Assembly (NCBI RefSeq): GCF_006345805.1
Contig: NC_043002.1
Coordinates: 21,328,001-21,392,000, forward strand
Reading direction: 5' to 3'
Length of the DNA stretch: 64,000 nt
Source: Octopus sinensis
Lineage: Eukaryota
Shown piece by piece: positions 37,169 to 51,308 of the stretch. A program made the position numbers and the translations under genes. The notes under the pieces were generated by a model. That model was not told where the DNA came from. It made no database searches and saw nothing but the letters and a program-made list of their open reading frames with translations. The first letter of the stretch is position 1. Each line of letters begins with the position of its first letter.

Positions 37169-37933
37169 CCAAAAGGTTGCAAGACGCAACGAAAATTTTA
37201 GGAAAATTAAAATAAGAAACAAGTGGAAATTTTACCGGTGAGTGTGCTAAATTATAAGGCACAAAAAGAAAATGACTCTCCTCAGACACAACAGAACTTT
37301 CAGAAACAATAGTTGTTTATTGGGGCGGAAGGTTGTGGATATTTTTCCTTAAGCTGAAAAAAAGAATTATTTTATATTCCACGGTAGACAGCCAGGGTTG
37401 CCAGGTATGCAAATATATTTAAGCAGATCGAAAATTTGAAATAACAAGCCAACGAAAGTCAAAAGGGCGTACACATGGAATGCATTAGCCTGTGACGCTT
37501 AGTATAATATGAGAAAGTATTTCTTTATTCACAATAAGGTTGAGAAAAAGAAGGGACGATACGAGGACAGACAAAACAAACATTGGGGTCAGGGTATCGA
37601 ATGAGACGAAATGTATGAATAAACAAACAATTAAAATATATACAATTAAATGAGAATGAGTGATTTACAAAAAATGAAGCGGAGGACGCGGTCGACCCCA
37701 CAAACCACATACTGACACTGAAGACCTTGCTTTCTCCTTTTTTACATTCTCGTTTAAACAGGTTCTTTCACTCGCAACATACTTGCTATAGACTTCCATT
37801 TTTTACGAAGCACACTTTGCGACAGGCATTTCTGAGAAAGAGAGTGGGTGTATAACATTTTGAGCATGGGTCTTCGTCAGAAAGAGGAGAATGGAAAGGT
37901 TGGAGAAAGAATGTGTGTGTAGTGTGTATGTGT

Positions 37934-37975
<42 letters not shown>

Positions 37976-39038
37976 TGTGTGCCTGCGTGTATAAGTGTAA
38001 GTGTAATGAACAAAGAAAGACAAAAAGAAGACAATACAAGAGGGATACCTTTAGAATAAGTATTGTATTAGCTTAAAGCTTAAAAAACAAGAAAATGATG
38101 AGTATTAATGTTTCGGATCTTAGTCCTCCGTCAAGAATGGAGGAAGATGGATGGGTTCGTGCACGTGAAAGTGTGTATTTGGGGTTGATAAAATAAGTAC
38201 CAATTTAGAATTTGGGGCGATGTAATCGAATAATACCGGCCCACTAAAGTTGCTGGCCTTGTAGCAAATTTAAAACAATTATAGCGGCGAGCGGGTAGAA
38301 ACGTTAGCGCGTCGGACAAAATGCTTAGCAGTATTTTATATGGTTCTTTACGTTCTGGGTTCAAATTACGCTGATATCGATTTTGCCTTTTATCCTTTCG
38401 TGTCCGATAAAATATGTATCGGTTGATCAAAGGGGATTGATGCAATCGACTTACCCCTTCCCTAAAATTGCAGGCTAAAACGCCTTATAGTATTTGTTCG
38501 ACTAGATCGACTCCTGTACGCAACTGGTAATTAATTTATCGACCCCGAAAAGATGAAAGGCAAAGTCGACCTCGGCGGAATTTGAACTCAGAACATAAAG
38601 ACAGACGAAATACCTATTTCTTTATTACCCACAAAGGGTTAAACATAGAGGAGACAAACAAGAACAGTGATAGGTATTAAGTCAATTACATCGACCCCAG
38701 TGCGTAACTGGTACTTAATTTATCGACCACGATAGGATGAAAGGTAAAGTCGATCTCGGCGGAATTTGAACTCACAACGTAAGGGCGGACGAAATACGGT
38801 TACGCATTTCGCCCGACGTGCTAACGTTTCTGCCAGCTCGCCGCCTTAAATGCTTCGCGATATTTGTTCCGCCACTTAACATATCAAACACTAATTCTGC
38901 CGAGAAAAAATTTGCATTTCATTCTTCCAAGGCCGATAGAATAAATTACTGGTCAAACACTGAATCGATATATTCGAGTGTTTCCATGCACTGTCAAATT
39001 TTGGGTTTTCATTTTATTTCTTTTTATTTTATATATTA

Positions 39039-39434
39039 CTAGCAGTATCGCCCGGCGTTGCTCGGGTTTGTAAGGGAAATAACTATATAAGCATTTTTAG
39101 AGAGTTATAGCCAAAAAATAGCAAAAAAATGCATTAAAAGTGGAAAAAAAATTATGGCAATTTTTTTTTAAATCGTTGACTCATCGTAGACATTTTTAGA
39201 GAGTTACTTCCCTTATATAATAGCGAAAAAATGCATTAAAATGGAAAAAAATGATGGAAATTTTTTTTTTAATCGTAGACTCATCGTAGACGCGCGCTAA
39301 TACCCAGAAGAGCTCGATATGAATCACAACTATAAGATACCCGGTTTTGGTTAAACTGCACCGCAAAATGTGGGAGTAGTTAGGAATCTAAATCTTAGGA
39401 GACATACACACAACCTCTCTTTTATATATAAAGA
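39039..39434 (-). mobile_element. Complete non-autonomous Helitron
   Basis: A|TC 5' end, 3' hairpin CCCG-AGCAACGC-CGGG, CTAG|T end, no TSD. Confidence 0.85.
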
Positions 39435-40735
39435 TTATTTACGAGGTGTAAAGTACCGAGCCGGCTGAATCGCTAGCATTCCATACAAAATGGTTATCAG
39501 CATTTCGTCCGTCTTAATGTTCTGAGTTCAAAGTCCGCTGAGGTCGACTTCGCCTCACATCCTTTCGGGGTCGATAAAATAAGTTCCAGTTGAGCACCGG
39601 GGTCGATGTAATCAACTCTTCTCTCAACACAAAGTTTAGATACTGTGCCTGTAGAAGAAAATTATTTACACGGCGTATTGTATACCTATTTCCTATTTCT
39701 TTACTACCCACAAGGGGCTAAACACAGAGGGGACAAACAAGGACAGACAAACGGATTAAGTTGATTACATCGACCCAGTGCATAACTGGTACTTATTTAA
39801 TCGACCCCGAAAGGATGAAAGGCAAAGTCGACCTCGGCGGAATTTGACCCAGAACGTAACGGCAGACGAAATACCGCTAAGCATTTCGCCCGGTGTGCTA
39901 ACGCTTCAGGCAGCTCAACGCCGTCGGCGTATTGTATAGCTTCCTTGGTCAGTCGTGGTTCACCAGCTTTAAACGGACGCCTTTTTTTTAAAAAAATCTT
40001 TTAGTCAGGAAGAAAGTAGCGATCCTTTGCAGAGCCACGGAGGCTTGTGAATGGAAGGTATCTTTAAAATGGTGACAAGGACCGGGTTCTTGCCCCAAAA
40101 CAGAATCTACTAAAGGCACTTATGGCACCAAGATGTGGTTAGCAACTGGGAGGCGGATTAAGTCTACCACCCAAATAATCTATGGCAGGATTTTGAACTC
40201 AAAATGCAAAGAACCGGAATATACACTCCAAAGCATCTAGTCCGACATTCTTGTTGTTCCACTGATCCACTGATCATGGATTGGTACTTATTTTATCGAG
40301 CCCGAATGTATGATAAACAAGTCAGCCTGATATGGATTTGAACTCAGAACGCAAAGAGCCAAAACAAATGCTAAAAAGTATTTGATACACCAACCCGATG
40401 ACCGGTACATATTTTTTTATTCTGTGACCAATCCCGAAGGGATGACAGGGAAAGTTGATTTCAGTAGGATTTGAACTCAGAACGCAAAGTCGGAACAAAT
40501 ACTGCGAGGTCTATTAATTGGATGCGCTAACGATTCAGCCAATTCACTAAATGAGTTCACCTGACACTCAGCAACATTTTCTTCAGCCGAAACCAAACAC
40601 ATTTTACTTCTTCGTCACTGTACATCGCAACAGTCAGCAAAATTGTATAGTTATTGCATTCAAAGACATCTTACTGAGTATCTAGGTATTCCAATGATCT
40701 GTAACTGTGTGTCGTTAGAACTACGTTCACGTTAT

Positions 40736-41106
40736 CATTACCTCCGCCTTCGCTAAGGTGGAGGTGTTGTTTCCAGTCGCGTTTGTTTGTTTGTTTGTCC
40801 GTGGACAAGATATCTCGAGAACCCCTGGATGGATTTAGATGAAACTTTCAGGGATGTTTGGCTTCATGACTAGCACAAACTGATTAGATTTTGGGATCGA
40901 TCCGGTACCAGACAAAGATTCTGGATTATTTTTCCGGGTTTTTACTTAATTTTCGATAGCGTTCGGGTTCATTTTTAGTATTATCGTTTGTGAGAGCAGT
41001 CGAGTTTATTTCAGATATTCTCATTTTAAAAACCATCTCTGGCTAATCGTTGAGAGGACGTTGGTGTTGCCTTGGCGGAGGTTTGCACTCTCTGAGTGCT
41101 CTTGTT
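40736..41106 (+). mobile_element. Helentron-associated non-autonomous element (HINE/DINE-1-like)
   Basis: Subterminal IR ACCTCCGCC / GGCGGAGGT, (GTTT)n core, and 3' hairpin GCACTC-TCT-GAGTGC. Confidence 0.8.
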
Positions 41107-41591
41107 ATTATTATCTTTTTTTCTTTTCCGGCGAGAGGGCAGAATTATTAGCACGTCGAACAAAATGCTTAGCAGCATTTCTTCCAGTTCTTTTACGTTC
41201 TGAGTTCAGAACCTGCCGAGGCTCAACTTTGCTTTTCATCTCCTCGGTGTCCGTCAAATAAGTACCAGTCAAGTAAGGAGGTTCGATGTAATCGACCTGT
41301 CTTCTCCCTTCAAATTTGCTGGGCTTAAATCCAGCAACGAACCAGCGTCCCGTTCAGGTGGGGATTTTCGGGACCTCGGTCACTTACTCCCCATGGAAAA
41401 CGGGTAACTGGCTTCACGTGTTTTGAAACTAAAAAAAATAAATAATAATAATAAAACAAAAATTCCAGTTCTCAGCTATTTAAGACATTTCCATTTTCAT
41501 TACCTGCTTCCATCATCCATCCCAAATAATAGATGCTCGCTTTCTCCTGTTTCCATAGTTTTCATAGAGATTGATTGCTGGTTGTTTTTAC

Positions 41592-41751
41592 CTTGTTTGT
41601 AGCGTGCGCACATTTTTCTTCGATACCAAGCGGCTGTAGTCAGATATTCGGTCTACTGTAGGATGCTTTTCATCTATTTGCTTCCGGTAATGCTTCGTTA
41701 TACAAGCTGACAATCTCCTAATCGCCCGCGGCGCTATCCAGAACATAAAGG
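41592..41751 (-). other. Candidate coding exon (phase 1 to 2), unidentified
   Basis: ttctctgacAG acceptor, AAG|gtaaaa donor, single open frame FMFWIAPRAIRRLSACITKHYRKQIDEKHPTVDRISDYSRLVSKKNVRTLQT. An overlapping plus-strand reading is also possible. Confidence 0.2.
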
Positions 41752-41959
41752 CTGTCAGAGAATAATTATCAAAGACAGTTTGAAATTAACTCGCAGGGCG
41801 TATTAAATCATGGATTTCGCTGCATAACAAATATTTAATACTGAAAGGTAAAAATAAAGAAGAGAAGAGTTACCTCCCTTAGTCTTTCACACCCACACAA
41901 TTTCTTTGCCTAGATTTCATAAAGTTCAATATACTATTTTCTTGTTTATATAATATTCC

Positions 41960-41963
41960 ATCC

Positions 41964-42039
<76 letters not shown>

Positions 42040-42046
42040 GTTTCTG

Positions 42047-42107
<61 letters not shown>

Positions 42108-42118
42108 ATGTTTGTCTG

Positions 42119-42181
<63 letters not shown>

Positions 42182-42335
42182 GTCTGTCTGTCTGTCTATC
42201 TATACCCATGTATATATGTATGTATGTATCGATACACAACGTATGATTAATTACCTCATCTGCATACTGTGTAATTAATATATATGTATATGTATATATA
42301 CACACACACATATTTGCGTACAATGTATGCATGCG

Positions 42336-42373
<38 letters not shown>

Positions 42374-42567
42374 ACAAGTGCGTGCATGCGTGCGTATGTG
42401 TGTTTGTGTTCACGCATGCGTGTGTGTGTGTGTATGGAATGAAATCTAAGATCATGGTGTTGAATATATATGAGATTTCCGGCAACATTGTGTATAATTT
42501 AAACTTATTTAAATACACAAGAGAGCCTTACACAACAGTTATTTTTCCTGTCTATTTCAACATATCA

Positions 42568-42619
<52 letters not shown>

Positions 42620-42632
42620 CCTATCTACCTAC

Positions 42633-42687
<55 letters not shown>

Positions 42688-42735
42688 CCTATCTATCTAT
42701 CTATCTATCTGTTTGTCTGTCTGTATGTCTGCCTG

Positions 42736-42795
<60 letters not shown>

Positions 42796-42828
42796 CCTAT
42801 CTATCTACCTATCTATCTATCTATCTAC

Positions 42829-42902
<74 letters not shown>

Positions 42903-42960
42903 GTTTGCCTGTCTGTCTGTCTGCCTGTCTATCTGTCCGCCTATCTACCTGTCTGTCTGC
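41960..42960. repeat. (TATC)n tracts
   Basis: Direct (41960-42200 and 42570-42960). Confidence 0.95.
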
Positions 42961-42977
42961 TTGCCCATCTCTCTCTC

Positions 42978-43031
<54 letters not shown>

Positions 43032-43179
43032 TGTGTGCGTGTTTGTGTGTGTATGTATGTATGTATGTATGTATGTATGTATGTATGTATGTGTGTGTGT
43101 ATTCGTGTGTGTGTTTAGAGGATGTATGTGTGTGCTCCTCTCTCTCCGTATTTGTATTATTCTAACATAAAGCAACAAC

Positions 43180-43470
43180 CATCATCACCATCACCATCAC
43201 CATCACCATCACCGACACCATCCTCATCACCATCACCACCTCCATCCCCATCACCATCACCATCTCCGTCACCATCACCACCCCCATCACCATCACCATC
43301 TCCGTTACCATCACCGTCATCATCACCATCTCCGTCACCATCACCATCAGCATCACCACCTCCATCCTCATCACCATCACCACCTCCATCACCATCACCA
43401 TCACCATCACCACCTCCATCACCATCACCATCACCATCTCCGTCACCATCACCGTCATCATCACTATGCA
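43180..43470. repeat. (CATCAC)n hexanucleotide repeat
   Basis: Direct. Confidence 0.9.
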
Positions 43471-44329
43471 TCACACCCCCACTACAGCCTACACTTTATT
43501 TCCTATCACCGTCTTCCATAACCACCTCCACTGCCCCCACCACACATTACATTCACCAGCAACGTTACTACATTCTTTCCCAAAAAAACTGCCTCTACGT
43601 GCTAGAAATAACAACCAAATACCTTCTAAACCACAGCTTACCGTACAGAAAAAATGAATGGCACATTGGATAAAATAGCCTGGGGCAGACTATTCATACA
43701 AATAAAACTGGATGATTGCATCTTGAACGACTTTGATTAAGACGGATCTAGAGTTGGACAACAACAAGCAAGCAAGCTACTGAGAGAACTTCTATATGGT
43801 TGCTCGGCTTGCTAGACATAGCAGCTAAATGTCCCTCAAATTACAACCCACCGTTTTATGGAAGAAGATAAAACACATTGGAATGATGTAGTCGTAGATA
43901 TATTGAGCAAATGATTGTTTGGTCATGGCTGGAACGCTTTTGATAATGTGGTTGTCTGCGGGGCTAAATAACAACCTAACAACTACAACCGCAACACATT
44001 TGTTATCGTTATTACTACCACTTTTTGGGAGAAGCAATACCACAACCTACGTACTACCAACACCACTATCACCATTATCATCATCGCTGTCATAATTACG
44101 AGGAACAACGACGTCGCCATCATTATCACATACGTCATCGTCTCCACCACCACCACCACCACCATTATCATTATTACCAATATCAGTATCATCATCAGCA
44201 TCACCACAACCATCGTTATCATTAACTCTATCATCTCTACCACTATTTCCATCTTCTTAATATCGTAATCACCTTCACTATGACCACCACTATTAGCATT
44301 TTCTACTAAAGGGTGAGAGCTGAGGATAT

Positions 44330-45041
44330 AGATAATGAAAGAGTGACAGAGCGAGCGAGAGATAGTTTGACTGATAGATAGAGAGAGATAAAGAGAGAAA
44401 GAGGGGGAGAGAGAAAGCAGTGGCAAATTGACATAAACATGCATGGAAGAGAGAGGGAAAGAGAGAGGAACCGAAAGAAAGAGAGAGTGAGAGAGAGAAG
44501 TAGCGAGACTCGGGAAAGAAAGAGAATAAAAATGGAAGGAGAAATAAAGGGAGAGATAGAATAGGAGGTGGGGATGAAACTAAGACAGAGAGAAAATCTG
44601 AGAGAGGGAGAGAGAGAGAGGAAGGGGAGAAAAGAGAGAGTAATGCAGAAAGAAAAAGAGAGAATTTTAAAACAAGCAGACGACTATAATAGTTGAATGA
44701 GAGTGAGTGAACGAAGGAAAGAGGGAGAGAGGGAAAGAAAGAGAGAGGGAGGAAGGGCTAGATTGAGGGAGAAAGAGAGAACGAATGAGTGAGAAAAAGA
44801 AGGAGGGAGAGAAAGAGAAAAAAAGAATTGAATAAGTGAGTGAGAAAGAGGGGAGTGAGTAATTGATTGATTGATTGATTGATTGAGTGTTTGAGTGAGT
44901 GAGTGAGTGAGTGAGTGAGTGAAAAGGGAATTAGCAGATAGAGAAAGAACCAAAAATCGTAGGAGGAGCAGGAGGAGAGCGATAATGAGTTTGACAAAAA
45001 GTAAGGGTAGGGCTGGTAAGCAAACAAAAGCAGACGATCAC

Positions 45042-45082
<41 letters not shown>

Positions 45083-46560
45083 GAGAAAAGGAGACAGAGG
45101 TGGAGAGAAAAAGAGAAAGAAAAGGAAAAGAAAGAGAGACTCACACACGCTGACATGCGTGCCGGCATGGCTGAGTGGTTAAGAAGTTCGTTTTACAACT
45201 ATTTGGTTTCGGGTTCGATTTCCATGACCGTGTCGACCGAAGCTTTTTGCATGAAATTTGATAAATAAAGACTGTGTTGAATCTTGTCAGCGGAATCATT
45301 TCTGTTTTTACACATTTTTTCTTTTTTTAATTGTAGACTTTATCCGTTGCTCTGTTTAACTTGGTAATTGATCTTCAGGTGTCTTCCGTGGAGTCCATCC
45401 GGATGCAATCATCCGAGACAGGTTTCCGATGTAAGGGTAACTTCTCTCGTTGCTTTCATTAATGTTGGATGCCCTGAAAAAAGTCATGGACATTAGCTTA
45501 CATTCCATGACTATGCCCTTAAAGGAAATTGAGAAAGAAAGGGAGAGAGATATAAAAAGAGACAAAGAAAAGCCCAAAGTGAGGAAAAATTAATGAAGGA
45601 AAAGTAATCTAATAGAAAAACTGGAGAAAATAAAGGCTAATAAGAAATACAGAGACATCTGTGTATGTGTGTGTATGTGTTAGAGGTGTGTGTGTGTGAG
45701 AAAGAGAGTTTATGAGAGAGGGAGAATGTGTGAGAGAGAGTGTGTGTGTCTGCGTGAGCGTGTGAGAAAGAGAGAGTGTGTGCGTGAGAGAGACAGTGAA
45801 CGTATGTGAGTTAGAGGGAGAGGGAAAAAGAATGTGTGGGCATGAGAAAGAGAGAGAGTGGGGGGCATGAGAAAGAGAGAAAGGGCGAACGTGTGAGAGT
45901 GAAGAAGGGAGAGGGTGAGAGTTTGACAAAGACGCAGTTGATAAGCAATTACACAGAAGCAGACGACCACAGGAGGAAGAAGAAAGAGAAGAGAAAGAAT
46001 GAAAGAAAATTCGAGAGACATATAATCACAGAGAGAGGGAAAGAGAGAGAGAGAGAGAAATGAGAAAGATTAAACTGTGAGGATAACAAAAAATAGAGAA
46101 GAAAAGAAAGAACAAGATAACTGTTCGATGAAAATGATGAAGTCGTGGGAGTAGGAGGGGAAATAGAAGAGCAGAAAGAGAGGACGGAGAGAGAGAGAGG
46201 AAAAGGAAGAGAAAGAAGAGAAAGATAAATACAGTGTGTGAGAGAAAGAGAGAGAGAGAGAGAAAGGGAGGAGCGAAAGTAAAAAGCAATAGATTGTGTG
46301 TGTATGTGTGCGCGCGCAAGTGTGTGCGTATGCCAGCGAGAGAGAGGGGGAGAGAGTAAAAGAAACGTGTGCGTGTGTGTGTGTATGTACGTGTGCGTAT
46401 ACGTGTGTGTGGGTGTGTGGGGGAGTCCATGACAATGAGGAAGGAAGAGACAAAGAGGGAGAGAGAGAGAGAGAGAGAAGGGAAAAGTAAAAGAAAAGAA
46501 AAGAGGAAAAGCTAGAAGTAACGTAAGAAGAAATGATTAAAGGGAAATAACTCTAGTGTG
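44330..46560. repeat. Purine-rich (GA)n low-complexity region
   Basis: Direct strand-biased GA runs. Confidence 0.8.
45379..45430 (+). CDS. Candidate exon (phase 1 to 2): GVFRGVHPDAIIRDRFP
   Basis: gatcttcAG acceptor and AT|gtaagg donor; phase-compatible with 52567. An alternative acceptor at 45336 gives a different frame. Confidence 0.2.
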
Positions 46561-46629
46561 CTTCTATTGATTTATTGATTTTCTTATTTAACTGTTGCGG
46601 ATTTGTACATTTTACTGCAAAGCCAGCAT

Positions 46630-46742
46630 CCTCGAACCTGCAGCGGCGGCGGCAGTAGCAGCGGCAGCAGCAGCAGCAGCAGCAGCAGTAGCAGTAGCAG
46701 TAGTAGTAGCAGTAGTAGTAGCAGTAGTAATAATAATAATAA

Positions 46743-46777
<35 letters not shown>

Positions 46778-46910
46778 ACAGTGCCACCACCACCACCATC
46801 ATCAGCAGTAGCAACAACAGCAGCAGCAGTAGTAGTAGTAGTAGTAGTAGCAGCAGCAGTAGTAGTAGTAGTAGTAGTAGTAGTTGTTGTTGTATCCATG
46901 GTAGTAACAG
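46630..46910. repeat. (GCA)n/(GTA)n trinucleotide repeat
   Basis: Direct. Confidence 0.9.
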
Positions 46911-47233
46911 AAGCGGGAATAGCAATAGTAAAATAGTGTTTTTGTTGTTTTTGCTTTCCTAGCCCAAGGCAGGCTCATAACCAGACTTATGATCAAAGGG
47001 ATTGTAGCCGTGACCTTAACATATTTCAGCATGAATCTAAGCAATGTGTCGTTCTTTTTTTCTAAGATGACAAGATATACCCTGAAGGGATTTGGCTGGT
47101 ATTTCTAGCACTTGGCTACAATTAATAGTATAAATGCACGAACATATATATGTGTGTGTACATTAGATATGTGTGTGTATACATAAATGTATACATGTAT
47201 GTGTGTCTATGTATATACACTTACATTTACGTG

Positions 47234-47264
<31 letters not shown>

Positions 47265-47281
47265 ATATATATATATATATT

Positions 47282-47343
<62 letters not shown>

Positions 47344-47520
47344 TGTAAATACATGTACGTATACGATGAGCTAACGCCCAATTTCCACTTACCAAATTGC
47401 ATACACGAGGTATTGGTCAACAATAAGCTACCAATACAAGACAAAACTCTTCGATCTTCACATCTCTCCATCACTGACCACTCCTATTTCCAACAGTGAA
47501 CTTCCGGCTTTTCTCCCATG

Positions 47521-47576
<56 letters not shown>

Positions 47577-47644
47577 CGTAAGTTCTTAAATATTTCATGC
47601 ATTCATATTGGTATCAATATTCTTTTTTTCTTTTTTTTTTTTGG

Positions 47645-48215
47645 TACAAGGCCAGGAAGTTTGATGGTGGGGTAAATCAACTATATTGATGCTAAACTTC
47701 AACTAATACTTGTTTTATCGACTCCATAAGAGCGAAAGGCAAAGTCGATCGATCAAGACGGAATTTGAACTCTGAACGTAAAGTCGAACGAAATACCTAT
47801 TTGTTCTTTTTACTACCCACAAGGGGCTAAACACAGAGTGGACAAACAAGGACAGACAAACGGATTAAGTCGATTATATCGACCTCAGTGCGTAACTGGT
47901 ACTTATTTAATCGACCCCGAAAGGATGAAAGGCAAAGTCGACCTCTAGGAATTTGAACTCAGAACGTAGCAGCAGACGAAATACCTATTTCTTTACAACC
48001 CACAAGGGGCTAAACACAGAGAGGACAAACAAGGACAGACAAACGGATTAATTCGATCATGTCGATCCCCAGTGCGTAACTGGTACTTAATTTATCGACC
48101 CCGAAAGGATGAAAGGTAAAGTCGACCTCGGCGGAATTTGAACTCCGAACGTAACGGCAGACGAAATACGGCTACGCATTTCGCCCGGCGTGCTAACGTT
48201 TCTGCCAGTTCGCCG
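47645..48215 (-). mobile_element. SINE family A, three-core multimer
   Basis: Cores near 47762, 47950 and 48137 (period about 187 bp). Confidence 0.85.
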
Positions 48216-48662
48216 CTTTATTTCATGCATTCATATTAATGCACGTACGCGCATGGCTGTGAAGTCGAGAAGCTTGCTTCTGAGTCATGAGGTTTGGGGT
48301 TCAATCCCTCTGCGTTTCACTGGAAAGTATCTTCTACTATAACTCCGAGGATTGTTAGTGGATTTGGTTGGTGGAAACTGAAAGAAACCCATCGTATGTA
48401 TGTATGTATGTATGTATGTATGTATGTATGTATGTATGTATGTATGCGTGCATGCATGCATGTATATGTGTATGTATGTATGTATGTATGTATGTATGCG
48501 TGCATGCATGCATGTATATGTGTATGTATGTATGTATGTATGTATGTATGTATGTATGTAGGCATGCATGTATGTATGTGTGTATGTATGTATGTATGTA
48601 TGTATGTATGTATGTATGTATGTATGTATGTATGTATGTATGTATATATGTTTTTTGTATGT

Positions 48663-49080
48663 ATTCTCATGCATATAGTTGCATATCTAGACACGCTCAT
48701 ATATATTTAAATGATAAACATCTGGAAAGTTTTACAGATTTTTACAGTTCCAGTGATGGATTGGATCTGTAGTCTTCGAATTAGCTTTCTCCTTTCTGGT
48801 TTTGAGAAGCCTAATTTCTCAAGACTGGTACTGAGACAGTATGTTACATATCCCAGGCCCCCAGCAACTACAGGTATAGACCTGAACTTGTAATCTGGAT
48901 GGAGTAAAATCTGCAGATTTCTCAATAGTTCAGCATAGGTATTCTCTTTTTCGCTGATCTTTAGCTTTATGTTAACATTCGCTGGGCAGCTAATTTCCTC
49001 AACTGTGCACAGTTGCTCTTCTCTATCCCAAATCATCATATCAGGTCTGCTGTGCTTACATTTTATTGAGGTCTTCACGG
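48663..49080 (-). mobile_element. (CATA)n-associated RLE LINE 3' fragment
   Basis: SRPDMMIWDREEQLCTVEEISCP...EKENTYAEL...IPVVAGGLG (RLE PD..(D/E)..K region); homologous to 11616-12000; (TATG)n on both sides. Confidence 0.85.
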
Positions 49081-49084
49081 ATAC

Positions 49085-49115
<31 letters not shown>

Positions 49116-49890
49116 TGTATGTATGTATGTATGTATGTATGTATGTAGTATGTATGTATGTATCATGTATTATGCATGTATGTATGTATGTAGTATGTAT
49201 GATGTATGTATGTATGTATGTATGTATGTATGTATGTATAATGTATGTATGTATGTATGTATGTATGTATGTATGTATGTATGTATGTATGTTTGTATGT
49301 ATGTATGTATGTATGTATGCATGTATGTATGTATGTATGTAGTATGAATGTATGTATGTATGTATGTATGCATGTTATGTATGTATGTATGTATGTATGC
49401 ATGTATGTATGTATGCTGTTTGTATGTATGTATGTATGTATGTATGTATGTATGTATGTATGTATGTATGCTGTTTGTATGTTGTATGTATGTATGTATG
49501 TATGTATGTATGTATGTTGTTTGTATGTATGTATGTATGTATGTATGTATGTATGTATGTATTTGTATGTATGTATGTATGTATGTATGTATGTTGTTTG
49601 TATGTATGTATGTATGTATGTATGCATGTATGCTTGTTTGTATGTATGTATGTATGTATGTATGTATGTATTATGTATGTATGTATGTATGTATGTATGT
49701 TTGTTTGTATGTATGTATGTATGTATGTATGTTTGTATGTATGTATTGTTGTATGTATGTATGAATGTATGTATGTATGTATGTTTGTATGTATGTATGG
49801 TATGTATTTGTATGTATGTATGTATGTGTATGCAAGTTTGTATGTATGTGTATGTATGTATGTATGTATGTATGTATGTATGTATGTGTG
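49085..49890. repeat. ~800-bp (TATG)n microsatellite
   Basis: Direct. Confidence 0.95.
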
Positions 49891-49985
49891 TATTTGTGTT
49901 GTGCTTGTCTCTTAACACTATGCTTGACAACCGGTGGTGGTTTGTATACGTCCCCGTAACTTACCGGTTCGGCAAAAGTGTACGA

Positions 49986-50392
49986 TAGGCGCAAGAGTGG
50001 CTGTGTGGTAAGTAGCTTGCTTACCAACCACATGGTTCCGGGTTCAGTCCCACTGCGTGGCACCTTGGGTAAGTGTCTTGTACTATAGCTTCGGGCCGAC
50101 CCAAGCCTTGTGAGTGGATTTAGTAGACGGAAACTGAAAGAAGCCCGTCGTATATATGTATATGCATGTGTGTGTTTGTGTGTCTATGTTTGACCCCCCA
50201 ACATCGCTTGACAACCGATACTGGAGTGTTTATGTCCCCGTAACATAGCGGTTCGGCAAAAGAGACCAATAGAATAAGTATTAGGCTTACAGAGAATAAG
50301 TCCTGGGGTCGATTTGCTCGACTAAAGGCGGTGCTCCACAATGGCCGCTGTCAAATGACTGAAACAGGTAAAAGAGTAAAGAGAGTATATAT
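49986..50392 (+). mobile_element. SINE family B, full-length copy
   Basis: Head, internal microsatellite and (GAGTAAA)n tail. Confidence 0.85.
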
Positions 50393-50404
50393 ATATATAT
50401 ATAT

Positions 50405-50445
<41 letters not shown>

Positions 50446-50663
50446 TTTTTATAGAAAAACAAAAGACGAAGACAGGTGTATAAACCACAAGCAGGTATAT
50501 TAGTTTGACGCTCGGGAAGGTGAGGAAGTCTTTGACATTTCGAGCCTACACTCTTCAACAGAAAGGAACACGAGGAAATAAACAGTGAGAGAATAAAAAA
50601 AGACTTATAGATTTAGTGATCAATACATACATACATACATACATACATACATACATACATACA

Positions 50664-50697
<34 letters not shown>

Positions 50698-50906
50698 CGA
50701 GAGGGTGTTGAAAAGTTCCTGGCTTTGGTTTAAAGAAAATACAGGTTAATTAAGATTTTATTCAACATATTACCTTCTCAAATTCACACACTTATTGCAG
50801 CGATCCTTTTAATTCTAAACCCTGTAAAATAACTCGGAAGGTTGGGGGCCTCCAACGAAGCTTTTCGTGACACCCTTAAAGCCAGGAACTTTTCAGCACC
50901 CCCTCG
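50698..50906. mobile_element. Mariner-type MITE
   Basis: TIRs CGAGAGGGTGTTGAAAAGTTCCTGGCTTT / AAAGCCAGGAACTTTTCAGCACCCCCTCG; TA on the left flank. Confidence 0.8.
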
Positions 50907-50967
50907 TGTGTGTGTGTGTGTGTGTGGTCAGTGGATCATATATCCGAAAAATAAGTGCACCCTAAAG

Positions 50968-51308
50968 CAGGGGTGGGGAAACTTTTGAGAGCGGTGGGCA
51001 AAAATATCCTTTAGAGTCTAAAGTAGGCCTGGCCAACTCGAATTACATTGTGACCCACTTTAATCCCAGAAAGATTTTTGAGGGCCACTTGTATACTTTA
51101 TGCACTAATAGTCAAATAATCAAATTACAGAATCAAGAATTTTTCATGATTTTCGTTTGTTTAAAACTATAAAATTGTAGGCTATGGCTTTATTGCCACT
51201 TAGAAATTTTAAATATATTTTGAAACAAATGTTTTACACAAACAATTTTATTTTGAAAGTATCAAGCGGGCCGCATGAGGCCCATGGTCCTCGGGTTGGC
51301 CAGCTCTG
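50968..51308. mobile_element. hAT (Charlie-like) MITE
   Basis: Ends CAGGGGTGGGGAAAC / GTTGGCCAGCTCTG; degenerate 8-bp TSD CCCTAAAG / GTCTAAAG. Confidence 0.65.

Noticed and set aside
43122-43673. Extensin-like (SP)n and (GD)n ORFs
   Set aside because: (CATCAC)n repeat.
48285-50063. Many MYVC/HTYI-repeat ORFs here and elsewhere
   Set aside because: Translations of (TATG)n or (TA)n microsatellites in several frames on both strands.
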